56,984 nt of DNA from a virus. The notes under the pieces are model-generated. The model saw nothing but the letters and a program-made list of their open reading frames with translations, had not been told where the DNA came from and ran no database searches. The position numbers and the translations under genes were made by a program. Location of the stretch: the IMG/VR virus record IMGVR_UViG_3300033987_000026; one strand, given 5' to 3'. This document shows positions 36,100-45,210 of the stretch, piece after piece. The first letter of the stretch is position 1, and each line of letters starts with the position of its first letter.

Positions 36100-36761
36100 T
36101 GGATATATACCTCACTGAAATAGAAACAGGAGCAAGGCTGGCGCTTTCCATGCTCCCCGAAAAAACAAAGCAAGAAGGCGACGCTGCATTCCAGGTTTAT
36201 GACATTATCAATGTCGGGGAGGTAAGGATCCCGAAGGGTACCAACCTTTTAACCTTCTCGTGGAGCGGTACCCTCCCCGGCAAAAGCCGAAGGAACGCCA
36301 GCTATGTAAAATCCCAATACTGGCAAAGCCCGGAGGAGATCCAGAACATATGGGAAAGATGGCGTAAAGAAGGCACCAAAATAAGGCTCATGGTCACAGA
36401 GACACCAATCAACCACGATGTATACCTGGACAGTTACACTGCAGAGGCCGCCGGAGGAAACGGCGACTACGAGTACACAATCACCTTTATTGAAGCAAAG
36501 CCTATAGAGGTTTACACGGTAAACGAGCTGAACATCAAGCCCAAAACGCAGACAAATAAGACGAGCACATCAACTCGGCCTCCGGCAGCAAAAGCTGCAG
36601 CCAAGACTTATACCGTTAAAAGTGGAGATAGTCTCTGGAAAATTGCACAAGTGACCCTTGGCAAGGGCGGAAGGTATATGGAGATTTACAACCTGAACAA
36701 AGACAAGCTGAAAAACCCAAACCTAATATACCCGGGACAAGTCCTAACGCTGCCGAGTTAG
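36099..36761 (+). CDS. XkdP-like LysM-domain tail protein
   Basis: C-terminal LysM YTVKSGDSLWKIAQ...NLIYPGQVLTLP. Confidence 0.8.
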   Translation: MDIYLTEIETGARLALSMLPEKTKQEGDAAFQVYDIINVGEVRIPKGTNLLTFSWSGTLPGKSRRNASYVKSQYWQSPEEIQNIWERWRKEGTKIRLMVTETPINHDVYLDSYTAEAAGGNGDYEYTITFIEAKPIEVYTVNELNIKPKTQTNKTSTSTRPPAAKAAAKTYTVKSGDSLWKIAQVTLGKGGRYMEIYNLNKDKLKNPNLIYPGQVLTLPS

Positions 36762-36804
36762 GAGGTGAAGAGCCACGATAGACATTAGCAGAATCAAATA
36801 CAGA

Positions 36805-38025
36805 GTGATACTAATTACATCTTCAGGCAAACAGATCGATGTCACCCAGGCTGCCGAAAGTCTCGGATGGGAGGAAGGCGACGCAGAGCTGGCCATGAGA
36901 ACCAGCATATCACTCCATAATATCACATACGAAGGCAAAAAACTCTCCAGCATTGCACAACCAGGATGCATAGTGGTCGTTATTGCAGACTGGGGAACAG
37001 GCAGCGACGAGGTCGCCAGAGGAACCATAGTGGAATGGGAACCTGGAGAAATCGGGAACACTGCTACCATCTTTGACATCATGGCTTATGATGAGCTCTT
37101 CAACCTTCAACAGAGCCAGGATAACCGGTATTATACGGCTGGCACAGGAACCAAATCGGCCATCATGGGAATATTCAACGACTGGGGAGTACCCGTCGAA
37201 AAATACGAGGGCCCGGATGTAGCACATGCAAAGATGCCTTTCAAGAACGAATATTTGAGCAATATTCTCCTGCAGCTTTTAGATGATGCAGCAAAGAAAG
37301 GCGGACCCAAATGCATTATCCGAGCCACAAAAGGCAAGGTAAGCGTGCTGCCGAAAGGAAGCAATAAAACCATATACCACTTTGATGAAGACACAAACGC
37401 GACGCTGGTCAGAGATAAGATCAGCACCGCGGATCTTGTCACCAGGGTAAAGGTGGTAGGCAAGGAAGACAGCGAAGGAAGGCAGCCGGTGGAGGCCGTA
37501 CTTGACGGATTAACCCAATACGGTATCCGGCAAAGGATCTACAATAGGTCCGAAGACGATACACTGGCCACAGCGAAATCAGCGGCCCAGCAAATGCTGG
37601 ACGAGCAAGGCAAACCGGCCAGGACAATAGTCCTCGAAGCTCCAGACGTGCCAATGATCCGCAAAGGAGACAAAATCCATGTCAAGGCAGGTACCCTCAA
37701 CGGATACTACATCATCAAGGCCATAAGGCACGATGCCGGCAGCAGAACCATGACCATGGAGCTGGAAGACGAAGAGGACAAAACAACAACAGCTACCACC
37801 ACACAGGCCACAACCACTGCAGCTTCAAGCTCCGGAGAGTTCAACAAGGGAGATACCGTAATCTTGAACGGACCGGTATACCGCGACAGCTACGGAAACG
37901 GCAAAGGAAAAACCTTCACCAACCGGAAATGCACCATCACCATTAAAGTGGACACTTCAAGGCCATGCCCGTACCATGTGGACGCCATCGGCTGGGTAAA
38001 GCCAAATACAATAACTAAAGCATAG
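36805..38025 (+). CDS. XkdQ-like baseplate hub / late control D-like protein
   Basis: Position and size. Start uncertain: GTG 36805, but the AGGAGGTG RBS lies at 36760-67. Confidence 0.65.
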   Translation: MILITSSGKQIDVTQAAESLGWEEGDAELAMRTSISLHNITYEGKKLSSIAQPGCIVVVIADWGTGSDEVARGTIVEWEPGEIGNTATIFDIMAYDELFNLQQSQDNRYYTAGTGTKSAIMGIFNDWGVPVEKYEGPDVAHAKMPFKNEYLSNILLQLLDDAAKKGGPKCIIRATKGKVSVLPKGSNKTIYHFDEDTNATLVRDKISTADLVTRVKVVGKEDSEGRQPVEAVLDGLTQYGIRQRIYNRSEDDTLATAKSAAQQMLDEQGKPARTIVLEAPDVPMIRKGDKIHVKAGTLNGYYIIKAIRHDAGSRTMTMELEDEEDKTTTATTTQATTTAASSSGEFNKGDTVILNGPVYRDSYGNGKGKTFTNRKCTITIKVDTSRPCPYHVDAIGWVKPNTITKA

Positions 38026-38036
38026 GAGGTGGGAGC

Positions 38037-38483
38037 ATGAAACCATCATCGGGAAGCTCAGGCATAAACAAGCTGGCCAGGGTAATGCAGCAGCGCATGA
38101 AGGAAGTAAATGCATCTCCCCTTCTGCTTGATTTTGGAGTAATCCAAGCGGATTACAGCTTGCTGACCAACACATACCCGATACCAATACCTAAAACGGA
38201 TTACCTGGTATGCAGGGATGTAACCCATGACCCAGGCAAACCATTAACCCAAACCAAAACCGGACAAGGACAGCACCCACATGGCCCAAGCGGAAGCCAC
38301 GACCAATACCAAGGCGACGGAACTCACAGCCACCCAAATACAGAGGGAGCTCATGTTCACGATGTAGTGGTTCCGGAAAGCATGCACTGGCTGAAGCCGG
38401 GAGACAGGGTCCTGGTGGCCTGGGTACAAAACGACGCCGTAGTCATTGATATCGTGCTACCGGCAACAAAGATAGGAGGATGA
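38037..38483 (+). CDS. XkdR-like (DUF2577) baseplate protein with His-rich insert
   Basis: LLDFGVIQADYSLLTN pattern. HPHGPSGSHDQYQGDGTHSHP. Confidence 0.55.
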   Translation: MKPSSGSSGINKLARVMQQRMKEVNASPLLLDFGVIQADYSLLTNTYPIPIPKTDYLVCRDVTHDPGKPLTQTKTGQGQHPHGPSGSHDQYQGDGTHSHPNTEGAHVHDVVVPESMHWLKPGDRVLVAWVQNDAVVIDIVLPATKIGG

Positions 38484-38487
38484 TCAT

Positions 38488-38937
38488 ATGGCAGATAAAA
38501 ACCTGTTTCCTGTCTTTGACGTTCCAGAGATCAACATAACAACTCCTCCGGAGGAGCAGAAATATAAGCCGAGCGTTTATTTTGATTTCCAGCTTGGAGA
38601 CTTCAGGCGAGACGGAGCCAATAAACTGGTGGTGGCCGACGGGAAAGAAGCATACAAACAATGGTGCATTAAAACCGTGCTGACAGAACGCATGGAAAGG
38701 CTGGCATACAGCAGCGATATAGGAATCGAGCTTCATGACGCCTTAAAACAGGCGGACCGGCAGGCGGTAGAATCGGCCCTGGAGAGAACTATCACAGAGG
38801 CACTCATGGTCAACCCAAGGACAGAATATGTCCGGGGATTTGAGTTTACATGGACCAGTGACAGCATATACTGCGAGTTCGTTGTAAAGGGCAAAGAATG
38901 GGAAGAACAAAAAATCGGTGTGAATTTTCAAACATAA
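38488..38937 (+). CDS. XkdS-like (DUF2634, gp25-like) baseplate protein
   Basis: Position between the XkdR-like and baseplate J genes. Confidence 0.55.
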   Translation: MADKNLFPVFDVPEINITTPPEEQKYKPSVYFDFQLGDFRRDGANKLVVADGKEAYKQWCIKTVLTERMERLAYSSDIGIELHDALKQADRQAVESALERTITEALMVNPRTEYVRGFEFTWTSDSIYCEFVVKGKEWEEQKIGVNFQT

Positions 38938-38950
38938 GGAGGTGGAATAG

Positions 38951-40087
38951 ATGTCGATACCAGAGTTTACACCGCCCAGTTTCCTGAATGATCAGGATGC
39001 TGAAACAATTCATAAGCGCATGATGGAAAATCTGCCACCGGACATAGACGATACGGAAAATGGCTTTCCTTGGGATTTTACCAAGCCTACAGCACTTGAA
39101 AAAGCAGAAATGCTGGAATTCCACCTCGTAGAAACGCTGAAGATCATGTTCCCGATGTGGGCATATGACGAATGGCTGGACTACCATGCCAAAGGGCGCG
39201 GTATAACAAGAAAACCTGCAAACGCAGCTTCAGGAGAGCTCCTTATAACAGGAGTACCAGGAACAACAATACCTGCAGGTTTCAGGTTCGCCGCACCGGC
39301 CACAGCTGACACGCCGGCAATTGAATATCAGACAACCGAAAAGTATACCATCGGCGAAGATGGGACCGTAAGAGTTCAAGTAACGGCTGTTGAACCAGGG
39401 ACCAAAGGGAATGTGCCGGCAAATACGGTTACTTTGATGATGACGCCAATCAAAGGCATTACATCAATAACCAACGAAGCAAGCATTACAGGCGGAACCG
39501 AAGTAGAGAGCGACGATGAGCTGCGCAATAGGATATTAGAAATTGACGCAGCCAGCGAGGCCAGCTTTGTCGGCAGCGATGGTGATTATAAGCGATGGGC
39601 GGAGGAGGTTCCTGGTGTAGGTACCGCGCTGGTAATGCCGGAATGGGCAGGACCAGGAACGGTGAAGGTGGTCGTAATTGACGCCAACGGCCAGCCGGCC
39701 AACCAGGCGATAATTACTGCAGTATACAACAACATCATGTCGCCGGACGACAGGCTGCAGAGGAAGGCTCCAATAGGCGCCACGGTCACCGTAGAGGCAC
39801 CGACGGCCAAGGAGATAAATTATAGCTTCACACTCGAATTAAAGGCAGGTGTGAACCAGGAAACTGTTCTGGAGCGTTTCAAAGCGCAGCTTCGAACATA
39901 TTACGTCGAAGCCAAGAAGGAAGGAGTAGTGAGATACAACAGGGTAAGCTCAATTTTAACCAACACAGAAGGAGTGAAAGACTTCACGGGACTGACCATG
40001 AACGGAGGTACCGTCAATATCGTGCTTGAGGAGGACGAATACCCGGTAACGGGCACTATTGATCCGGGCGGAGGTGGCAGCGAATGA
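38951..40087 (+). CDS. Baseplate J-like protein (XkdT-like)
   Basis: Size, position and family-like sequence. Confidence 0.8.
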   Translation: MSIPEFTPPSFLNDQDAETIHKRMMENLPPDIDDTENGFPWDFTKPTALEKAEMLEFHLVETLKIMFPMWAYDEWLDYHAKGRGITRKPANAASGELLITGVPGTTIPAGFRFAAPATADTPAIEYQTTEKYTIGEDGTVRVQVTAVEPGTKGNVPANTVTLMMTPIKGITSITNEASITGGTEVESDDELRNRILEIDAASEASFVGSDGDYKRWAEEVPGVGTALVMPEWAGPGTVKVVVIDANGQPANQAIITAVYNNIMSPDDRLQRKAPIGATVTVEAPTAKEINYSFTLELKAGVNQETVLERFKAQLRTYYVEAKKEGVVRYNRVSSILTNTEGVKDFTGLTMNGGTVNIVLEEDEYPVTGTIDPGGGGSE

Positions 40088-40749
40088 ATTTAGAGAATTT
40101 CCCTACCAGCCCGGCGGCCAAGAGAATGCTGAAGACCGTATCGCCGATTTATGACAAGTCCTATATTGCAAAGTGGATATTCCAGGTCATGGGCCTGGAG
40201 ATAGACGAGGCATGGCAATTCATCGAAGAGCTGCGCCTTCAGGCATTCCCGGAGACGGCCACATGGGGAATAACATACTGGGAGCAACGATATAATATCC
40301 CACCCGATGAAAGCCTATCCCTTGAGGAACGCCGGCAGCGCGTGATCATTAAACGAGGTAAGCGCTCTCCAATGAACCCGGCAAGAATTGAACGGATTGT
40401 AAGAGACGTGACAGGCAGAGAGGACATGGTAACCGAGCAAAACGGAGAGTACACCTTTTATATTTCCATTTTGCCGGGAGAATCGACGGTGGACTACCAG
40501 GAGCTAATAGACACCATAAAAAGCGTGAAGCCGTCGCATCTTGCATTTAAAGTGCTCTTCGAAACCGACGTGTCAATGACAATCCAGGTAAACAACCAGG
40601 CCTACACATTCGAATATCCGCTCACAGGGACCATCCCGGATATAAACACGGTAGGAGGCATAGAACACGGGTCAATATTACCGAGCATTACAGCACAAGG
40701 CTCGGTATTTGATTATCAGCTTTGCGGCGAAGGAGAACGCGACCTATAG
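40084..40749 (+). CDS. XkdU/YmfQ-like (DUF2313) tail protein
   Basis: FPETATWGITYWEQRYNI...LEERRQRVI pattern. Confidence 0.65.
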   Translation: MNLENFPTSPAAKRMLKTVSPIYDKSYIAKWIFQVMGLEIDEAWQFIEELRLQAFPETATWGITYWEQRYNIPPDESLSLEERRQRVIIKRGKRSPMNPARIERIVRDVTGREDMVTEQNGEYTFYISILPGESTVDYQELIDTIKSVKPSHLAFKVLFETDVSMTIQVNNQAYTFEYPLTGTIPDINTVGGIEHGSILPSITAQGSVFDYQLCGEGERDL

Positions 40750-40763
40750 AAAGGAGGAAAGCC

Positions 40764-41075
40764 ATGGGATTGCTAACAGCGGCGGCGATTGAAGGGTATA
40801 AGGAGTATACCAGGAAGACAATCGCATATGCCAGATACAAAGCAGGCGGCAATTATTACAACGCTAAAATTTCTTCGGTTTCCGTCCTTCCGGATGGCAG
40901 ACTGGCGGTCGATTTCCTGATCGACCATATGGTACCAGGGGACATCAACGTGACGGAGGTTCAGCTTTACGACACGAACAATAACCTCTGGCTTTCAAAG
41001 CCGGAAAGCCTGGTCCGAAAGGATGTGCAAGAAGGAATTTTATACAGGTTCACATTCATAATTCAGGAAGGGTAG
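40764..41075 (+). CDS. Hypothetical tail-region protein
   Basis: AAAGGAGG RBS before ATG 40764. Confidence 0.5.
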   Translation: MGLLTAAAIEGYKEYTRKTIAYARYKAGGNYYNAKISSVSVLPDGRLAVDFLIDHMVPGDINVTEVQLYDTNNNLWLSKPESLVRKDVQEGILYRFTFIIQEG

Positions 41076-41085
41076 GTGAAAAAGC

Positions 41086-41604
41086 GTGCATAAACAGACC
41101 GAATGGAAGGACCATGTGACCCAGTTTCCGAACCGGAGGATCATAACTGACAACGGCGACGGAACAGTCACAGTAACAAAAGCGCAGGGAGAGGTTATCC
41201 AGCAAGGGACACCTCAAAGCGCAACCAACTTCAACAACGTAGAGAACGGGATCCAGGACGCCCATACAGCCTTTCAGGTATTCCTGCATTACTTCATGCA
41301 GTTTGACCGCTGGATCAGGCAGAAGGTGGCGGACTTTGCGGCCGAGTTTCTCAATGAAATTCAGACTGTGACCCTCACGAATACGCTTAAGTTCCCATTC
41401 AACGACAGCGTTTATACAGTGAGCCTGGTAACACCAAGGAAGACGCTTAACTATGACGTGAGCTGGGAGATCATCAGCGCAAACGGCAATGTCGGCGATA
41501 TTACCGTGTCCGACAAACAGCTGAACGGCTTCAAAATTGCCTTTGATGGCAGCGCAACAAGCGTAACGATTAAATTAAGAATTAAAGGAGGCATGCTCGT
41601 ATGA
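41086..41604 (+). CDS. Tail-fibre-like protein
   Basis: N-terminus TEWKDHVTQFPNRR...GTPQSATNFNNVENGI typical of fibre N-termini. GTG start. Confidence 0.5.
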   Translation: MHKQTEWKDHVTQFPNRRIITDNGDGTVTVTKAQGEVIQQGTPQSATNFNNVENGIQDAHTAFQVFLHYFMQFDRWIRQKVADFAAEFLNEIQTVTLTNTLKFPFNDSVYTVSLVTPRKTLNYDVSWEIISANGNVGDITVSDKQLNGFKIAFDGSATSVTIKLRIKGGMLV

Positions 41605-41927
41605 AGGTAATCGAAAAGAACGAAGGTCCTAAAATCGCTTACGAAGAAAACGGTACAATGGTATTTCTCGGCGATTACGAGCTCATGATCAACGTGGCCA
41701 AGTACCAAAGAGACTGGCCGGTGCACATTGATATTTGCCGCAATAGAGATAACCAACTGGTCATAGGCACAGGAGAGGGCCTGTACTATGTGGCACAACT
41801 TGATATACCGGCAATCAAATACACAGAACCAGAAACCGAAGAGGAAATCCCAGAGCCGCTACCTATCGACATGAGCGAGGTAGTTCTAACGCTTTGGAGC
41901 CTTGAAAACCTGGTACCGTCAAACTAA
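41601..41927 (+). CDS. Hypothetical protein
   Basis: ATGA overlap. 108 aa. Confidence 0.5.
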   Translation: MKVIEKNEGPKIAYEENGTMVFLGDYELMINVAKYQRDWPVHIDICRNRDNQLVIGTGEGLYYVAQLDIPAIKYTEPETEEEIPEPLPIDMSEVVLTLWSLENLVPSN

Positions 41928-41943
41928 AGGAGGACTGAACAAG

Positions 41944-43032
41944 ATGGCAAATTTTGATTTAGTGAAATTGGCACTAAAGGCGACATGCCCAGGAAACGAC
42001 GTATTGTTGGACGATAAAGGGCTACCCAGCGTCATGGTGCGTATTCCGAAGTTTAAGATTTCAGACGTAATCGCCGGAGGCAGCAACAGCACACATCCAG
42101 CGTTCATCGTTAATGGAATAGAAGTTCCGGAAATATACATTTCCAAATTCCAGAATGTAATCCATAACGGCAGAGCCTACAGCCTGCCTGGCGAGGACCC
42201 CAAGACAAGTATTAACTTCGACACAGCAAGACAGTATTGCGAGGCCAAGGGGCCCGGCTGGCATCTTATGACGAACGCCGAATGGGCGGCGTTGGCATTA
42301 TGGTGCCGCAAAAACAACCTTATGCCAAAAGGCAATAACAACTATGGGAAGGACTCGTCTGAAAGTACAGTAGTGGCAATTCCGACATCCGACTCAAACG
42401 GAGGATCCTATGATCCTGGCGATACAATCGGCAGAGTAGCCACTGGCACAGGCCCTGTAACTTGGAGCCACAACGGGGAAGTTACAGGCATCTGGGATTT
42501 AAACGGCAATGTATGGGAGTGGATAGGTGGATACAGAACGGTTAATGGAGAAATTCAGATATTGCCAAATAACGATGCTGCTGACGCAGACAACAGCCAA
42601 GCTGCAGACAGTACCAAATGGAAGGCAATCCTTCAGGATGGTTCACTTGTCGATCCTGGAACAGCCAACACCTTGAAATGGGATTATACTGCCGCACCGG
42701 CTGCTGGCGCAGCATTCAGGCTTAATACCACTGTCGCATACCCTCAAGCTGATGATACCCCTTATGGAGCAAACAGCTTTGCGGCATTGACAACAGCTTC
42801 TGGAGTAACAGTCCCAGAGATACTGAAAGCGCTCGCTCTATTTCCTGCGGACACTGGAGACCATGGTGGTGACTATATTTATATGCGCAACAACGGCGAA
42901 CGCCTCGCGTATCGCGGCGGCAACTGGTACAACGGTTCGGCGGCCGGTGTGTTCAGTCTGCACGGCGGCAATCCACGCTCGGGCGTCCACACGAGCATCG
43001 GGTTCCGCTCCGCTTTTATTCCGGGAATCTGA
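41944..43032 (+). CDS. DGR target: receptor-binding-type protein with FGE-sulfatase / C-type lectin-fold C-terminal domain
   Basis: WHLMTNAEWAALALW, GIWDLNGNVWEWIGG motifs. VR occupies codons near the C-terminus. Confidence 0.85.
   Translation: MANFDLVKLALKATCPGNDVLLDDKGLPSVMVRIPKFKISDVIAGGSNSTHPAFIVNGIEVPEIYISKFQNVIHNGRAYSLPGEDPKTSINFDTARQYCEAKGPGWHLMTNAEWAALALWCRKNNLMPKGNNNYGKDSSESTVVAIPTSDSNGGSYDPGDTIGRVATGTGPVTWSHNGEVTGIWDLNGNVWEWIGGYRTVNGEIQILPNNDAADADNSQAADSTKWKAILQDGSLVDPGTANTLKWDYTAAPAAGAAFRLNTTVAYPQADDTPYGANSFAALTTASGVTVPEILKALALFPADTGDHGGDYIYMRNNGERLAYRGGNWYNGSAAGVFSLHGGNPRSGVHTSIGFRSAFIPGI
42904..43014 (+). repeat. DGR variable repeat (VR)
   Basis: 111 nt matching TR except at 42928, 42942, 42961, 42967, 42968, 42982, 42983, 42988 and 42995. 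Confidence 0.9.
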
Positions 43033-43060
43033 TATCTGGAACCCTGAATATCTGATCATT

Positions 43061-43080
43061 AGGGAGCCGCAAGGCTCCCT
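43061..43080 (+). promoter_or_regulatory. GC-rich hairpin downstream of VR (candidate DGR homing element and/or terminator)
   Basis: AGGGAGCC-GCAA-GGCTCCCT, then TTCAATTTTC. Starts 47 nt after the VR end. Confidence 0.5.
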
Positions 43081-43106
43081 TTCAATTTTCAAGACGGAGG
43101 GATTAG

Positions 43107-43445
43107 ATGGAAGAGCTGAAGATACTGCAGAAGACATACGACATGATCATGTATGGAAACCAGTGTCTTCTGCAATTTCCCAGAGCAGAGCGATATGCAC
43201 TTGCAGCAGAGATTAAACAGAGCATGTATAAAATTTTGAGGCTTATTATCCAGGCAAACAAGCAGCGAAACAAGAGGCAACTTCAGATGGAAATAGACAC
43301 TGAGCTGGATGTATTGAGGACTTTTATCAGGCTTGCAGCAGATAAGCAAACCAAATATCTACCTCTCCGAAAGTATGAAATCTGGAGTAAGCAGCTGAAT
43401 GAAATTGGCAAGATGCTTGGAGGCTGGATCAAGGCAACAAATTAA
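43107..43445 (+). CDS. avd: DGR accessory variability determinant (Avd-like four-helix bundle)
   Basis: 112 aa, basic, helical. Located between the target and TR. Confidence 0.8.
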   Translation: MEELKILQKTYDMIMYGNQCLLQFPRAERYALAAEIKQSMYKILRLIIQANKQRNKRQLQMEIDTELDVLRTFIRLAADKQTKYLPLRKYEIWSKQLNEIGKMLGGWIKATN

Positions 43446-43483
43446 CCAATAACCATCGGGGATAGGTCGTTTAATTTGGGGAG

Positions 43484-43594
43484 CTCGCGTATCGCGGCGG
43501 CAACTGGAACAACGGTTCGGCAGCCGGTGTGTTCAGTCTGAACGGCAACAATCCACGCTCGAACGTCAACACGAACATCGGGTTCCGCTCCGCT
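43484..43594 (+). repeat. DGR template repeat (TR)
   Basis: Non-coding 111-nt copy of VR. Every mismatch position is A in this copy. About 24 adenines by manual count. Confidence 0.9.
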
Positions 43595-43777
43595 CTGCCC
43601 CCACACGTCAGAAGCCTGGCGCTCACGTGGCACCAGGACGGAACAGGGGGACAAAGGGATCTATCTCCGTGCCTTTTGAGACAGCAGAGGGCAAAAGATT
43701 GAATTGCCGAGAAGACGACCGGTAGGAAACGAAAGCCGCCACGCTCGGCGTAATCAACAATTCGGAGGGAGGTACAC
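43484..43777 (+). ncRNA. Putative DGR RNA (TR plus 183-nt spacer preceding RT)
   Basis: No credible ORF. By analogy with characterised DGRs the TR-spacer transcript templates and primes cDNA synthesis. Confidence 0.45.
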
Positions 43778-44866
43778 TTGGAAACACTACGAAATATTTA
43801 CCCCACCATTTATGACTTCGAGAACCTCCACAAAGCATACTTAAGCGCCAGAAAGAACAAGCGGTACCGAGGGGATGTACTGGAATTCACAGCAAACCTC
43901 GAAGAAAACCTTATCCAGCTGCAAAATGAACTGATTTATAAGACATACCAAGTAGGTAGGTACCGGGAGTTCTATGTTTATGAGCCAAAGAAAAGGCTTA
44001 TCATGGCCCTGCAGTTCAGGGACCGGGTAGTCCAATGGGCTATATACCGACACCTGAACCCATGGTTTGATAAGCAATTTATATATGACAGCTATGGATG
44101 CCGAGAAGGAAAAGGCACCCACCGTGCGGCGGATCGACTTCAATACTGGATGAGACAAGTAAGCAGAAAGGAGGGACGGTATTATTATTTAAAGCTGGAC
44201 ATTTCAAAATACTTCTACAGGGTGGATCATGGAGTTTTAATGAACATCCTCCGAAAGAAAATCGAAGACGAGGACCTACTGGATATACTCGAAAGGATAA
44301 TCAACTGCGAACATACAGCATTTGGCCTGCCGGCATTTATGGACCCAGAGGATTGTTCAAGGGAGGATAGGCTTTTCGACAAAGGAATGCCTATAGGCAA
44401 TTTGACCAGCCAGCTGTTTGCAAATATTTATTTAAACGAGCTGGACCAGTATGCAAAGAGGGAACTGCGGCTTCATTACTACATCCGATATATGGACGAC
44501 ATCATTATTTTACACAATGATAAGCAGTACCTCCAGGCGATAAAGGACGACATCGAGAACTTTCTATGGGAACGATTAAAGCTAAACCTAAATAAAAAGA
44601 CAGCGATCAGGCCAATAAGTCAAGGCATCGAATTTGTAGGCTTCCGGATCTTCCCCACCCATCGCAAACTGAAAAAATCCAGCGTAAAGAAAATGAAAGC
44701 CAGGCTGAAGTATGTCAGGTCCGCATACGAACGCGGCAAAATTGACGAGGAAAGCCTGCGGGCAACGGAGGCATCTTATCTCGGAGTAATGAAACATTTC
44801 AACAGCTATGGATTACGCAAAGCTCTGGGCTTTGTACCGGAGCAATCAGACGAGGGAAAGAGGTGA
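43778..44866 (+). CDS. DGR-type reverse transcriptase
   Basis: TTG start after GGAGGGAGG. LDISKYF, PIGNLTSQLFANIYL (SQ motif), IRYMDDIIIL catalytic box. Confidence 0.95.
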   Translation: METLRNIYPTIYDFENLHKAYLSARKNKRYRGDVLEFTANLEENLIQLQNELIYKTYQVGRYREFYVYEPKKRLIMALQFRDRVVQWAIYRHLNPWFDKQFIYDSYGCREGKGTHRAADRLQYWMRQVSRKEGRYYYLKLDISKYFYRVDHGVLMNILRKKIEDEDLLDILERIINCEHTAFGLPAFMDPEDCSREDRLFDKGMPIGNLTSQLFANIYLNELDQYAKRELRLHYYIRYMDDIIILHNDKQYLQAIKDDIENFLWERLKLNLNKKTAIRPISQGIEFVGFRIFPTHRKLKKSSVKKMKARLKYVRSAYERGKIDEESLRATEASYLGVMKHFNSYGLRKALGFVPEQSDEGKR

Positions 44867-44876
44867 AGGATTATCG

Positions 44877-45194
44877 ATGCAAATTGATATGATAGCAGTC
44901 TTGGCCTTTATGGGAGTTCCGAGTGCAGTGACAGGATTATGTTTCTGGGCAATCCAGAGGAACATAACAAAGAGGGATGCAAAAAGGGAGGAAATCGATA
45001 AGGCCAGAGAAAAAAATGAGCTCTTGCTAATTAAGGGAATAGGTGCTGCAATTGCCCTGGGAGAAGCTACGGCCCGCGCAATAAAGGACGGGAAATGCAA
45101 TGGAGAGCTCACTGCGGCGCTGGAATATGCCCAGAAGGTAAAGCATGAGCAAAAAGACTTCCTAACAGAGCAAGGTGTAAAAAACATGTATTGA
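44877..45194 (+). CDS. Membrane protein of lysis cassette (one N-terminal TM, holin/antiholin-like)
   Basis: IAVLAFMGVPSAVTGLCFWAI hydrophobic segment. GAGGTGAAGG RBS. Confidence 0.5.
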   Translation: MQIDMIAVLAFMGVPSAVTGLCFWAIQRNITKRDAKREEIDKAREKNELLLIKGIGAAIALGEATARAIKDGKCNGELTAALEYAQKVKHEQKDFLTEQGVKNMY

Positions 45195-45210
45195 GAGGTG
45201 GTGATACATA

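Larger units (their letters stand above)
41944..44866 (+). mobile_element. Diversity-generating retroelement cassette (target-VR, avd, TR, RT)
   Basis: VR/TR pair with adenine-only mismatches, plus Avd-like and DGR-type RT genes in canonical order. Confidence 0.9.

Noticed and set aside
42838-43654. Track ORFs 42838..43137 (-), 42863..43216 (+) and 43442..43654 (-) with similar translations
   Set aside because: Their similarity is simply the VR/TR nucleotide repeat read in non-coding frames. They overlap the target 3' end, avd or the TR.
43778-44866. The reverse transcriptase as a retron or group II intron RT
   Set aside because: An Avd-like gene and a TR/VR pair with adenine-only mismatches sit immediately upstream. 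The PIGNLTSQ motif fits DGR RTs. No msr/msd-like inverted repeats or intron domains were recognised.
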